Assembly (NCBI GenBank): GCA_035559235.1
Contig: DATMBM010000007.1
Span: forward strand, 9,475-73,474
Source: Minisyncoccota bacterium
Lineage (GTDB): Bacteria > Patescibacteriota > Minisyncoccia > Phycocordibacterales > UBA2100
Direction of reading: 5' to 3'
Length of the DNA stretch: 64,000 nucleotides
Shown: in pieces, positions 47,123-55,659 of the stretch
Layout: each line of letters begins with the position of its first letter
Position numbering within the stretch: position 1 is the stretch's first letter
Position numbers and translations under genes: made by a program
Notes under the pieces: generated by a model
The model's input: only the letters and a program-made list of their open reading frames with translations
The model's database searches: none
What the model was told of the DNA's origin: nothing

Positions 47123-47772
47123 CCGCGTCGCTTTGTGCGTGGGTCAGGGAAGTCAACGATTGAAAGCGCGCGCCGCTCGACATCCGATGCGCGGCGTAAT
47201 CGGCGCTCATAATTTTTCGCAACGACAGGGAAGTAGCGCGTCTGCGAAAGCCGTGCCATCAGCCAGTCCAAAGACTCCTCCGACGTTATCCATTTTTCAG
47301 GCGTAAATCTGGACAGGTCGAATGGAGCTGAATATGCGCGCATCGATTTGCGTCCGTCCCACAAGTAGAACTCATGGAAATAACTCATCGCGAGTTCGCG
47401 CGGACTTTGATACAGTGGATCGCGATACTTCAATACGGCATGGTTTGTTTTACTGATTGCGCCCCATTTTCCGCGCACTTTAAAAAGAGCGACTGTGTGA
47501 TCCTCATCATCGTACGCAGTCGCAAAATCCATGAGAAGCGGCTTCTGGCCGTGAAAGGCGAGTGCCGCAGCCGCAAAGACGGCCCCCTCAAAGCAGTGAG
47601 CGGTCCGACGAGTAAAGACCTGATATGGAGATAGGTTGGTCTCCCCCGAAGGCTCAAAATTTATGGGCAAAGTATCCAGATAGTCCTGGATGGCGTCGGG
47701 TGATTGTAATTTCAAAAAAAGACGATGCAAATCTCGGGGGAGAATTTTTTGAATCTGTTTGGCGTATCCCAC
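47119..47772 (-). CDS. Conserved hypothetical protein, transglutaminase-like Cys-His fold
   Basis: AHCFEGA.FAAA, DEDH, WGAISKTNH, RELAMSYFHEF; start re-assigned to GTG 47772 (TATACT 7 nt upstream). Confidence 0.75.
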   Translation of the reverse strand: MGYAKQIQKILPRDLHRLFLKLQSPDAIQDYLDTLPINFEPSGETNLSPYQVFTRRTAHCFEGAVFAAAALAFHGQKPLLMDFATAYDDEDHTVALFKVRGKWGAISKTNHAVLKYRDPLYQSPRELAMSYFHEFYLWDGRKSMRAYSAPFDLSRFTPEKWITSEESLDWLMARLSQTRYFPVVAKNYERRLRRASDVERRALSIVDFPDPRTKRRG

Positions 47773-47867
47773 AGGGAACAGTATACAAGCATTGTTTTCG
47801 ACGCGTTTATGCGGGCCAACAATGTATAGGTCTGAATGAGGCGTGGCTGATATTTTCTCTAAGCTAT

Positions 47868-47895
47868 ATGTCGGAAAAGATATATTGTGCGACAT
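47868..47895. other. Candidate dif (Xer) site, 11-6-11 with symmetric arms
   Basis: ATGTCGGAAAA-GATATA-TTGTGCGACAT, intergenic, near the switch from + to - gene orientation. Confidence 0.5.
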
Positions 47896-47919
47896 TTCTA
47901 TCTCGGGAACTCGGGATAG

Positions 47920-47928
47920 TTATCCACA
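47920..47928 (+). promoter_or_regulatory. Perfect DnaA box
   Basis: TTATCCACA. Confidence 0.4.
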
Positions 47929-48089
47929 CCCCGCCATATTCCCTTCATATGTCAAGGGACCTTGCTTAAGTCAACTTAGAAACGTCATCTAGAAAAAATC
48001 TGGAAATTTTACGCGCAAATTTTCTCGACCTTATCAAAGCACTCCTTCCCCTGCCCCAGAGGTACGCCGGTCAAATTGGAGACCATATC

Positions 48090-48836
48090 TTACTTCCCCA
48101 GTTTCTCAAGCGCGCGCAGAACCTCCAGCGGAACCGCAAACACGATCGTGTTTGATTGGTCGGAAGAAATGTCGTTGATTGACTGCAGCGTGCGCAAATG
48201 CAAGGCACCCGGTGCTGATGCAAGAGTTTCTGCGGCTTTCGCCATGTTGTTTGCCGCAATGACTTCACCCTCTGCGCGGATGATGACAGCGCGTCGCTCG
48301 CGCTCAGCCTCCGCTTGTTTTGCGATCGTTCGTTCCATGTCTCCGGGAAGTGCGATGTCCTTCAATTCGACGTTGATGACCTTTATCCCCCACGGATCAG
48401 ACGCTTCGTCGACGACTGCGCGAATACGCTCTGAAATATTATTGCGTTCGGCCAGGAGCTGATCCAATTCCACTTCGCCCACCGCATTACGCATCGTGGT
48501 CTGCGCCAGCTGCGACATCGCATAGCGAAAATCTTCTACTTCAAGGATCGCTTTCGCGGCATCGGAGACGCGATAATAAATGACCGCGTTTACGCCGACG
48601 GAGATGTTGTCTTTCGTGATCGCCTTCTGTTCCGGAACGTCTACGGCCTTTACGCGCATGTCGACTTTTCGCATTTGCTGGAACACGGGAATGACAATGC
48701 GCCATCCAGGCTCCTTCACGCCTACAAAGCGTCCCATCGTGAACATAACGCCGCCCTCGTACTGGTTTACCTGGCGGAGGATCGCGACCAAAACACCGAT
48801 GATAATCGCCAAGAGGATGAGGATTTGGTAGGTCAT
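48090..48836 (-). CDS. SPFH/band-7 (slipin/stomatin) protein
   Basis: ITKDNISV.VNAV, AQTTMRNAVG, WGIKV, QAEAERERRA. Confidence 0.93.
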   Translation of the reverse strand: MTYQILILLAIIIGVLVAILRQVNQYEGGVMFTMGRFVGVKEPGWRIVIPVFQQMRKVDMRVKAVDVPEQKAITKDNISVGVNAVIYYRVSDAAKAILEVEDFRYAMSQLAQTTMRNAVGEVELDQLLAERNNISERIRAVVDEASDPWGIKVINVELKDIALPGDMERTIAKQAEAERERRAVIIRAEGEVIAANNMAKAAETLASAPGALHLRTLQSINDISSDQSNTIVFAVPLEVLRALEKLGK

Positions 48837-48854
48837 ACCCTCATCGTACTCCTC

Positions 48855-49119
48855 TTATTTCCGTTGCCAAGGGCACGGTGCGGCGAAAAAAAGCGGGGTG
48901 TGGCTGATCGATTCCGACTCTGGAATATCGTACATCGATTGGTAGTAGGCGTTCACCGGGCCGAAAAGCGCGTCGCGCATATCAAAACCGAGTGCAGCTG
49001 CCGCCTCTTGTAGGTCAATGTCACCTCCCCTGCCCCTGCGTCGCGCCCACCTTCTTGAGTTTCGCCCGAATCTGGTCCGCATCCACCTGCGGGAAACGCG
49101 CCTCAAATTCCTGCTTCAT
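48855..49119 (-). pseudogene. CYTH-domain (class IV adenylate cyclase-like) pseudogene with internal deletion and frameshift
   Basis: MKQEFEARFPQVDADQIRAKLKKVGA (ExE motif) stops at 49021; AAALGFDMRDALFG..YY C-terminal part follows in another frame. Confidence 0.6.
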
Positions 49120-49712
49120 GCGCTTTTCCACGGAATCTCGTATTGCGAGAATTCCGGCAGCAGCTTCCGTCCGTACAATAATCGCGAAATGACCTCCGCG
49201 TGGGAAAGTGCACCGGTAAGCGCATTGTGCGGTTCCGGCTCCCGCGGAATGCCGCAGTAATTGAGGACCGCGTCCAAATCAAGCGCCGAGCGGCGGTTGG
49301 TCGTGGGCGGTTGCATTCCGCGCAATATCATGTGCATGTAGCAGAGTGTATGCGTATCGATTGTGCGATATGCGAACGGCCATTCAGTGTGCCCCGCCCT
49401 CTCGGCGGCGTTTTTCAAAAAATCCCGGTCAAACGAAGGGTTTTGCCCTGCCAGCGTCCGCTCGGCCACACTGTCGCTCCAATGCAAAAACGCGTGCACC
49501 AAATCTGCTTCGCTTTGCTTTTGCGGGTCAGTAATTTGCTCCATGGTAAATCCGTTTACGGCGAGTGCCTCGTCCATGACATGCGCGCCATCCCATACAC
49601 GGCACTCCTCGTAGAAGCGGTTTGAAGGATTAGCAAAGTCCAACGCCCCGACGGACACAATTGAATGTTTGTGCGCTTCGACCCCCGAAGCCTCAACGTC
49701 GACGACAAGCAT
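49116..49712 (-). CDS. DEDDh 3'-5' exonuclease
   Basis: VDVEASG, GQNPSFD, HNALTGA; start ATG 49712. Confidence 0.85.
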   Translation of the reverse strand: MLVVDVEASGVEAHKHSIVSVGALDFANPSNRFYEECRVWDGAHVMDEALAVNGFTMEQITDPQKQSEADLVHAFLHWSDSVAERTLAGQNPSFDRDFLKNAAERAGHTEWPFAYRTIDTHTLCYMHMILRGMQPPTTNRRSALDLDAVLNYCGIPREPEPHNALTGALSHAEVISRLLYGRKLLPEFSQYEIPWKSA

Positions 49713-49731
49713 GGACGTATTGTACCTGGAT

Positions 49732-50100
49732 TTAATCGGCGACCAAGCCTTTACAACTTTTAGACGGTACGTAGCCCGCCTTTTCCGCCGCTTCTTCACT
49801 GGTAAACCACAGCTGGTTTTCCCGTTTAATCTGCGACGCTCCCCCGCACCAGGGGTAGTGGTACACTGACCCGTTGCGCGACGCCACCACAAGGCCGCCG
49901 ACGGCCATTCCGGCGCGCTCGGTGTACACGGAGGCTTCCGTAATTGATACGACGGGCTTTGCTGCTTCCGTCGCGGAAAGGCGCCCGAGCCCGAAACTTG
50001 CGAACGCGACCAAGAAGATGGGTACGATCAGCCCCCACGCTTCGATCGCAGCCTCCGCCGCCCATTTGACCTTCAGCCAAATGTCCCGTATACTGCTCAT
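49732..50100 (-). CDS. Membrane-anchored Ada-like metal-binding domain protein
   Basis: ASFGLGRLS TM; VASRNGSVYHYPWC...AGYVPSKSC. Confidence 0.75.
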   Translation of the reverse strand: MSSIRDIWLKVKWAAEAAIEAWGLIVPIFLVAFASFGLGRLSATEAAKPVVSITEASVYTERAGMAVGGLVVASRNGSVYHYPWCGGASQIKRENQLWFTSEEAAEKAGYVPSKSCKGLVAD

Positions 50101-50141
50101 ACCGTGGTATTGTATCGCATACATACCTGGTCCTACACGAT

Positions 50142-50423
50142 ATGGCAACAACAAAAGCAACCGGAACAGCGAAAAACCTGCGCGATTCAAACCCGAAGTA
50201 TCTCGGCGTAAAACGAGCCGATGGCGCATCGGTCAACATCGGAGAGATCATCGTCAGGCAGCGCGGCAGCCGCATTATGGCGGGCAAGAATATCGGCGTC
50301 GGCAAGGACTATACCCTCTTTTCGAAAATCGCCGGAATCGTTAAATTCGGCCTTAAGCGCAAGACGAATTTTGATGGACGCACGGTCACCCGTTCCATCG
50401 TGGACGTCGTGCCGTCTAAATAG
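50142..50423 (+). CDS. rpmA: 50S ribosomal protein L27
   Basis: RDSNPKYLGVK, IIVRQRG, GKDYTLF. Confidence 0.96.
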   Translation: MATTKATGTAKNLRDSNPKYLGVKRADGASVNIGEIIVRQRGSRIMAGKNIGVGKDYTLFSKIAGIVKFGLKRKTNFDGRTVTRSIVDVVPSK

Positions 50424-50428
50424 AGCGC

Positions 50429-50869
50429 CTAGCTCGGGATCACGTCGACCGTAATGGTCGCCTCATGCGAGCCCAGCCGGATAACCACCGGCCACGCACC
50501 GATTTCCTTGATCGCCATTTTGGGGGCTATCGCGTCTGCAGGGACGTCTATCCCCTGCTCGGCAAGTACGCGGGCAATATCTTCTGCCGCAATCTTCTTA
50601 AACAGATGCCCCTGCGTGCTCGCACGCGCGCGAACGAGCAGTGTAAAATTTTTCATCCTTCCCACGATCGCTTCCCATTCTTTTTCCTGTGCCGCTCTTC
50701 GTGCATTTTCGTCGGCAAGACGCTTTTCAAGCCCCTTGAGCGCATCGGCGGTCGCGAGTTGCGCCAGCTTGTTCGGGATGAGGTAATTCAACGCATAGCC
50801 ATCGGAAACGTTTTTGACGCTACCTTTTTGTCCTACCCCAGCTACGTCGCGAAGTAGAATGATTTGCAT
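50429..50869 (-). CDS. rplI: 50S ribosomal protein L9
   Basis: MQIILLRDVAGVGQKG, DGYALNYLIP. Confidence 0.95.
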   Translation of the reverse strand: MQIILLRDVAGVGQKGSVKNVSDGYALNYLIPNKLAQLATADALKGLEKRLADENARRAAQEKEWEAIVGRMKNFTLLVRARASTQGHLFKKIAAEDIARVLAEQGIDVPADAIAPKMAIKEIGAWPVVIRLGSHEATITVDVIPS

Positions 50870-50873
50870 ACGG

Positions 50874-52139
50874 CTATCGCAGTAGTTCCACCGCCCGCTC
50901 CATCTGCGGATCGTCTCCCGCCTCGATATCCTCTTCCGTAATAGCAACCTCATAATCCGGTGCGATGCCGCTTGTCGGGATCTGCGCACCGCTTGGCATA
51001 AGCCATCGGGCGACAGTGACCTTCAGGCCGGTATCGTCGGTGATCGGCACGAGTTCCTGGACCGAACCCTTTCCAAACGTATTTGTCCCGACCAGTTCGG
51101 CACGACCGTGGTAGCGAAGCGCGCCCGCAAGGATCTCTGACGCTGAAGCGGAACCTTTGTCGACGAGAATCACCATCCTTAGGTTGTCATTAAAGACGTT
51201 GTAGCCACGGCTACGATGATCCACATTCGATTGGTTGCCCGCGTAGTCTTCGGTCACCACAAGTTGGCCTAAAGGCAAAAACCAGCTCGCCATGTCGACT
51301 GCTGCTTCCAGATAGCCACCGGGATTCCCGCGCAAATCGAGGATGAGACGCGTCGAGCCGCTTTCGATAAAGCTTCGCAGTGCGCCGCGGAACAAAAGCG
51401 GCGAATTCGAGGTGAAATTATGCACCGAGATGACGTAGATGCCGTCGCTACGGTGCTCCGTATCAATAACCGGTATGTTGATCACGTCGCGCGTCACCTT
51501 GATATCGCGCGGCTCGATCCAGCCCTCGCGAATCATTTTTAGTGTGACGTCGGTCCCCTTCGGGCCGCGAATGCGGTTCACCGCGGTCGCGATGTCCATG
51601 CCTCGCGTCGAAAGCCCGTCAATTTCCAAAATTTGATCGTTTGGTTTTATGCCGGCTCGCTCCGCGGGAGTTCCCTTGAGCGGTGAGACGACCGTGGGCA
51701 CTTCGTTCTTGATGGCGATCTCCATCCCGACGCCGGTAAATTCCCCACTCAGGTCTTCCTCAAATTGCTTTTGTTCGACGGGTGGCAAAAAGAACGTATA
51801 TGGATCGCCGAGCGATTCCGCCATGCCTTGGATCATGCCCCAGACCCGCTGCTGCTCGGGAGTTCCTTCGACGAGACCCGCCGCTTCTTTGGTAGACGTA
51901 CCGGTCGTCGTTGCGACGGATGCTGGTACGAACTTCTCATCAAGAACGGCCCATGCGCGCCAGACCGGCGAGAAATCAACGCCCTCAGGCGGTTGTTCTG
52001 CGCCGATCGCTTGCGCGACCGACGCCGGCAGCATATGCGCCGCCTTTGGCGACGAGCCCACGAGAAAGCCGCTTGCGAAGCTCGCCGACACCAACACCAG
52101 CGCTCCGGCAACAATAAAACGCGTACTGACGCTTTGCAT
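50874..52139 (-). CDS. S41 C-terminal processing peptidase (CtpA) with PDZ
   Basis: DPYT, PDZ, DLRGNPGG, SASASEI, FGKGSVQ. Confidence 0.93.
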   Translation of the reverse strand: MQSVSTRFIVAGALVLVSASFASGFLVGSSPKAAHMLPASVAQAIGAEQPPEGVDFSPVWRAWAVLDEKFVPASVATTTGTSTKEAAGLVEGTPEQQRVWGMIQGMAESLGDPYTFFLPPVEQKQFEEDLSGEFTGVGMEIAIKNEVPTVVSPLKGTPAERAGIKPNDQILEIDGLSTRGMDIATAVNRIRGPKGTDVTLKMIREGWIEPRDIKVTRDVINIPVIDTEHRSDGIYVISVHNFTSNSPLLFRGALRSFIESGSTRLILDLRGNPGGYLEAAVDMASWFLPLGQLVVTEDYAGNQSNVDHRSRGYNVFNDNLRMVILVDKGSASASEILAGALRYHGRAELVGTNTFGKGSVQELVPITDDTGLKVTVARWLMPSGAQIPTSGIAPDYEVAITEEDIEAGDDPQMERAVELLR

Positions 52140-52220
52140 GCCACTAGTATGCCACAGCAAGGTGAATTTTCCATCAACGCATCGTTGCGGCATGCTATGC
52201 TGGAGCGACTACGTACACGC

Positions 52221-53927
52221 ATGGAACTCTTTCTCGAGATCAGTATCCTGATCGCGGTTGCTACAGGAATGGCGCTGGTGATGCGGCTGCTGCGTCAGCC
52301 GCTGATTATCGGCCACATTCTGACAGGGCTCATTGTGGGGCCGTTCGTGCTTGACATCGTTCATTCGACGGAAACCTTAGCGCTTCTGGGCGAGATCGGG
52401 GTCGCAATACTCCTCTTCACCGTCGGGCTGCACTTAAGCCCTGATATTTTCCGACAGTACGGTCGCGTGGCGATCATCACCGGCGTCGGACAAGTCGTCT
52501 TGACGGCGATCGCCGGTTACTTTGTGTGCGTTACGCTCGGTCTCAGTCCGCTCGCTTCGTTTTATGTATCGGTCGCCCTCGCTTTTTCGAGCACGATCAT
52601 TATTCTGAAGCTTTTGTCGGACAAAGGTGATCTCGATGTTCTTTACGCAAAGATCGCGGTTGGATTTCTTCTGGTGCAGGATCTCATTGCGATTTTGCTG
52701 CTCCTCGCGATACCGCTTTTTTCCAGCGGCGAGACTTCGGCAACGGACATCGTACGTTTTGTCGTCTCGGGCGCGATCCTCATCAGTTTCATTTATCTCG
52801 CATCGCATTTCTTCCTTTCACGGATCAGTTCATTTATCGAGCGCTCACAAGAATTTCTGTTCCTTTTCGCGATAGCATGGGGGATCGGCATCGACGCGCT
52901 CTTCCGGGAGTTTGGGTTCTCCCTTGAAAGCGGCGCATTGATCGCAGGTGTCGCCATCGCGTCCCTCCCGTCGCGACGAGAAATCAGTGCCCGTCTGACG
53001 CCGCTGCGTGATTTCTTTATCGTGATGTTTTTTATTTACCTCGGCGCACAGCTCCAGCTCGACGCCGTTGCCTCCTTGCTTCCGGCAGCTGTCATTCTTT
53101 CAGCCCTTGTTCTCATCGGTAACCCGATCATTCTCATGGGCATCATGGGCGCGCTCGGATACCGGAAAAAAACAAGCCTGCAGACCGGGTTTACCGTCGC
53201 TCAAATCAGCGAATTTTCGCTTATCCTTGTTGCGCTCGGCGTCTCCTTCGGGCACGTGAGCGCGGAAATTCTCTCACTCGTCACCTTAGTGGGCCTTATT
53301 ACGATATTCGGCTCGACATACTTGGTCCTGTATTCCGATCGCATTTATCGCGTGCTCGAGCCGTACCTAGGCCTCTTCGAGCGAAGTGATGCGCATGAAG
53401 CGCGTGCGAGGAGGACCTCCTTTGATACGGTGCTTTTTGGCTGCAATCGGATCGGCTATGATTTTCTTGAGGCGCTACTCCCGCTCGACAACAAACTGCT
53501 GGTCGTCGATCATGATCCTGAGATTGTTGAAAAATTGCAAAAAGCAGACGTTGCCGTCGCCTATGGCGATGCGTCGGATATTTCCTTCCTCGAGACGATC
53601 GATTTCACAACCGTCGACCTCGTCATTTCGACGATTCCCGATGTTGAGATAAACGCTTTGATTCACCGGACAGTGAGAGCGGCTAATCCGCATGCGATTG
53701 TACTCGTCGTTGCGCATCGGGCGTCCGACGCTCTTGCGCACTATGACGACGGTATAGATTATGTCATTCTCCCGCATTTCCTTGGCGGCAAGTACGCGGC
53801 AGACCTTGTCGTAAAGTACGAAGGTGACCCCGGAAAATACGAGCACCTGCGCAAGCGCCATATCGAACACTTGCAGCTGCGCATCGCAATCGGACACGAC
53901 AACGCGCCGCACAAGCGGCACGGCTGA
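52221..53927 (+). CDS. CPA2 (Kef-type) cation/H+ antiporter with TrkA-N domain
   Basis: LRQP, LLF.VGL, SST, QD, SEF, C-terminal G.NRIG...GDA. Confidence 0.9.
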   Translation: MELFLEISILIAVATGMALVMRLLRQPLIIGHILTGLIVGPFVLDIVHSTETLALLGEIGVAILLFTVGLHLSPDIFRQYGRVAIITGVGQVVLTAIAGYFVCVTLGLSPLASFYVSVALAFSSTIIILKLLSDKGDLDVLYAKIAVGFLLVQDLIAILLLLAIPLFSSGETSATDIVRFVVSGAILISFIYLASHFFLSRISSFIERSQEFLFLFAIAWGIGIDALFREFGFSLESGALIAGVAIASLPSRREISARLTPLRDFFIVMFFIYLGAQLQLDAVASLLPAAVILSALVLIGNPIILMGIMGALGYRKKTSLQTGFTVAQISEFSLILVALGVSFGHVSAEILSLVTLVGLITIFGSTYLVLYSDRIYRVLEPYLGLFERSDAHEARARRTSFDTVLFGCNRIGYDFLEALLPLDNKLLVVDHDPEIVEKLQKADVAVAYGDASDISFLETIDFTTVDLVISTIPDVEINALIHRTVRAANPHAIVLVVAHRASDALAHYDDGIDYVILPHFLGGKYAADLVVKYEGDPGKYEHLRKRHIEHLQLRIAIGHDNAPHKRHG

Positions 53928-53968
53928 CGCATCCTTGTCGCCGTCACGGCAACTGGTAGGATACTCGC

Positions 53969-55489
53969 ATGTCGTTCATACAAGGAATTTTTGTGGCGCT
54001 GCGTAACGCCATCCACGACCTATTGAACGGTGGAAGCCCGCGCCCGGAGGAACTAAGCGCGCCAATCGTTTTCCACAACAGTCTTTCCGGCACGCGTGAG
54101 CCGTTCACACCGCACTCGCCCGAGCGAGTCACCATGTATAACTGCGGGCCGACCGCCTACGATGTCGCGCATATCGGAAACCTGCGCTCGTACGTCTTCG
54201 CAGACACCGTGCGTCGGACGCTGCTCACAGCGGGCTACCACGTACACCAGGTCATAAACATCACGGATTTCGGCCACCTCTCTTCGGACGGCGATTATGG
54301 CGACGACAAAATGACGAAGGCCCTGAAGCGCGAAGGAAAGGAACTGACGCTAAAAAACATGCGCTTGCTCGCGGAAAAATACACCGAGATTTTTATCAGC
54401 GACCTTTCGCGCCTCAATGTCGATACCGCTGCCATTCAGTTTCCGCGCGCCTCGGACTACATCGCCGCGCAAATCTCGATCATTCAGATGCTCGAAGAAA
54501 AGGGGTTTGCGTACCGTGGCGACGATGGAATGTATTTCGACACCGGTCGCTTCCCTGCCTACGGCAAGCTCGGCAATATCAATCTCGAAGGCCTCAAGGA
54601 GGGTGCCCGTGTTGCCGCAACCAGCGCCAAACGCAACCCGACCGATTTTTTGCTGTGGAAATTGGACGCCAAGATGGGCTGGGACTCTCCGTGGGGCAAG
54701 GGATTTCCGGGCTGGCATATCGAATGTTCCGCAATGATACGCGAGACACTCGGCTGGCAGATCGACATTCACACCGGAGGAATCGATCTCATGCCGACGC
54801 ACCACAACAACGAAATCGCGCAATCAGAAAGCGCAAGCGGCAAGAAGCCGTTTACGCGCTACTGGCTGCATCACGAGTTCCTGAATATTAAAGACGAAAA
54901 AATATCTAAATCCGTCGGCAACATCATCAATCTTTCCACGGTGTTGGAGCGTGGCTATCATCCGCTTTCTCTTCGCTACCTGTACCTTACGGCGCACTAC
55001 CGCTCTCCGATGAATTTCACCTGGGAAGCGCTTGATGCCGCGCAGACGGCCTTTCTGAAACTGCGGAAATTCGTGGACGAAGTGGCGGCGCTCGGTTCCC
55101 TGCCGTCGCCATATGTCCAACGCTTTGCAGCAAAAATCAGCGATGATTTGGACACCCCTGGTGCACTTTCCGTTATGTGGAACATGCTCGGAGATAAGGA
55201 TGTCAGCCGGGAAAACGCGCGCGCTGGACTTATCGAATTCGACAAGGTGCTTGGGCTCAACCTCGCGCAAGCGGATGAGCATGCTAAGGACCTTTACCGA
55301 AAGGAATTTGGCGTTCCCGTGGGAATCCACGATGTGCCCGAACGTATCCAGGACTTGCTGACACAGCGCGAAGCCGCGCGCATGGAAAAGCGATGGGGTG
55401 ATGCCGATGATCTTAGGCAAAAAATCGAGTCTGCGGGCTACGCAGTAGAAGATACGCAGGACGGCCCGCGACTTGTTGCCAAGTATTAA
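53969..55489 (+). CDS. cysS: Cysteine--tRNA ligase
   Basis: CGPT.Y..HIGN, PGWHIEC, DIHTGG, KISKS. Confidence 0.96.
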   Translation: MSFIQGIFVALRNAIHDLLNGGSPRPEELSAPIVFHNSLSGTREPFTPHSPERVTMYNCGPTAYDVAHIGNLRSYVFADTVRRTLLTAGYHVHQVINITDFGHLSSDGDYGDDKMTKALKREGKELTLKNMRLLAEKYTEIFISDLSRLNVDTAAIQFPRASDYIAAQISIIQMLEEKGFAYRGDDGMYFDTGRFPAYGKLGNINLEGLKEGARVAATSAKRNPTDFLLWKLDAKMGWDSPWGKGFPGWHIECSAMIRETLGWQIDIHTGGIDLMPTHHNNEIAQSESASGKKPFTRYWLHHEFLNIKDEKISKSVGNIINLSTVLERGYHPLSLRYLYLTAHYRSPMNFTWEALDAAQTAFLKLRKFVDEVAALGSLPSPYVQRFAAKISDDLDTPGALSVMWNMLGDKDVSRENARAGLIEFDKVLGLNLAQADEHAKDLYRKEFGVPVGIHDVPERIQDLLTQREAARMEKRWGDADDLRQKIESAGYAVEDTQDGPRLVAKY

Positions 55490-55523
55490 AACGCAGCCCC
55501 ACGACGATGCGCGGGGCGTGGAC

Positions 55524-55598
55524 CTAGCCGCAGAGTAACCACGCTGCGGCAATGAAAGCGGACGCCAACAGAGAACCGGTAAGGACGAAGGCCTTCAT
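55524..55598 (-). CDS. Putative 24-aa hydrophobic micro-peptide (not in ORF track)
   Basis: MKAFVLTGSLLASAFIAAAWLLCG; G-rich SD-like run and TATAAT upstream. Confidence 0.35.
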   Translation of the reverse strand: MKAFVLTGSLLASAFIAAAWLLCG

Positions 55599-55659
55599 GG
55601 CCGAACCCCCCTGGCTCGCTGACGCGCGCACTTCCTATATTATATAATACATCGAGATA

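Noticed and set aside
50429-50869. Presence of L9 as unusual for CPR
   Set aside because: L9 loss is reported for other CPR groups (Microgenomates, Saccharibacteria, WWE3, WS6); its presence is expected in Parcubacteria
51765-52220. N-terminal extension of the Kef antiporter (and similar extensions of rplI, ftsW, exonuclease, 47895 ORF)
   Set aside because: Run-on open frames overlapping neighbouring genes or intergenic DNA; family homology or a -10-linked start begins at the downstream codon
55630-55657. dif-like ACTTCCTATAT-TATATA-ATACATCGAGA resembling Firmicutes dif
   Set aside because: Left arm and spacer are similar, but the normally most conserved XerD arm is poor and the arms are not symmetric; 47868-47895 is the better candidate and this tract is explainable as a promoter
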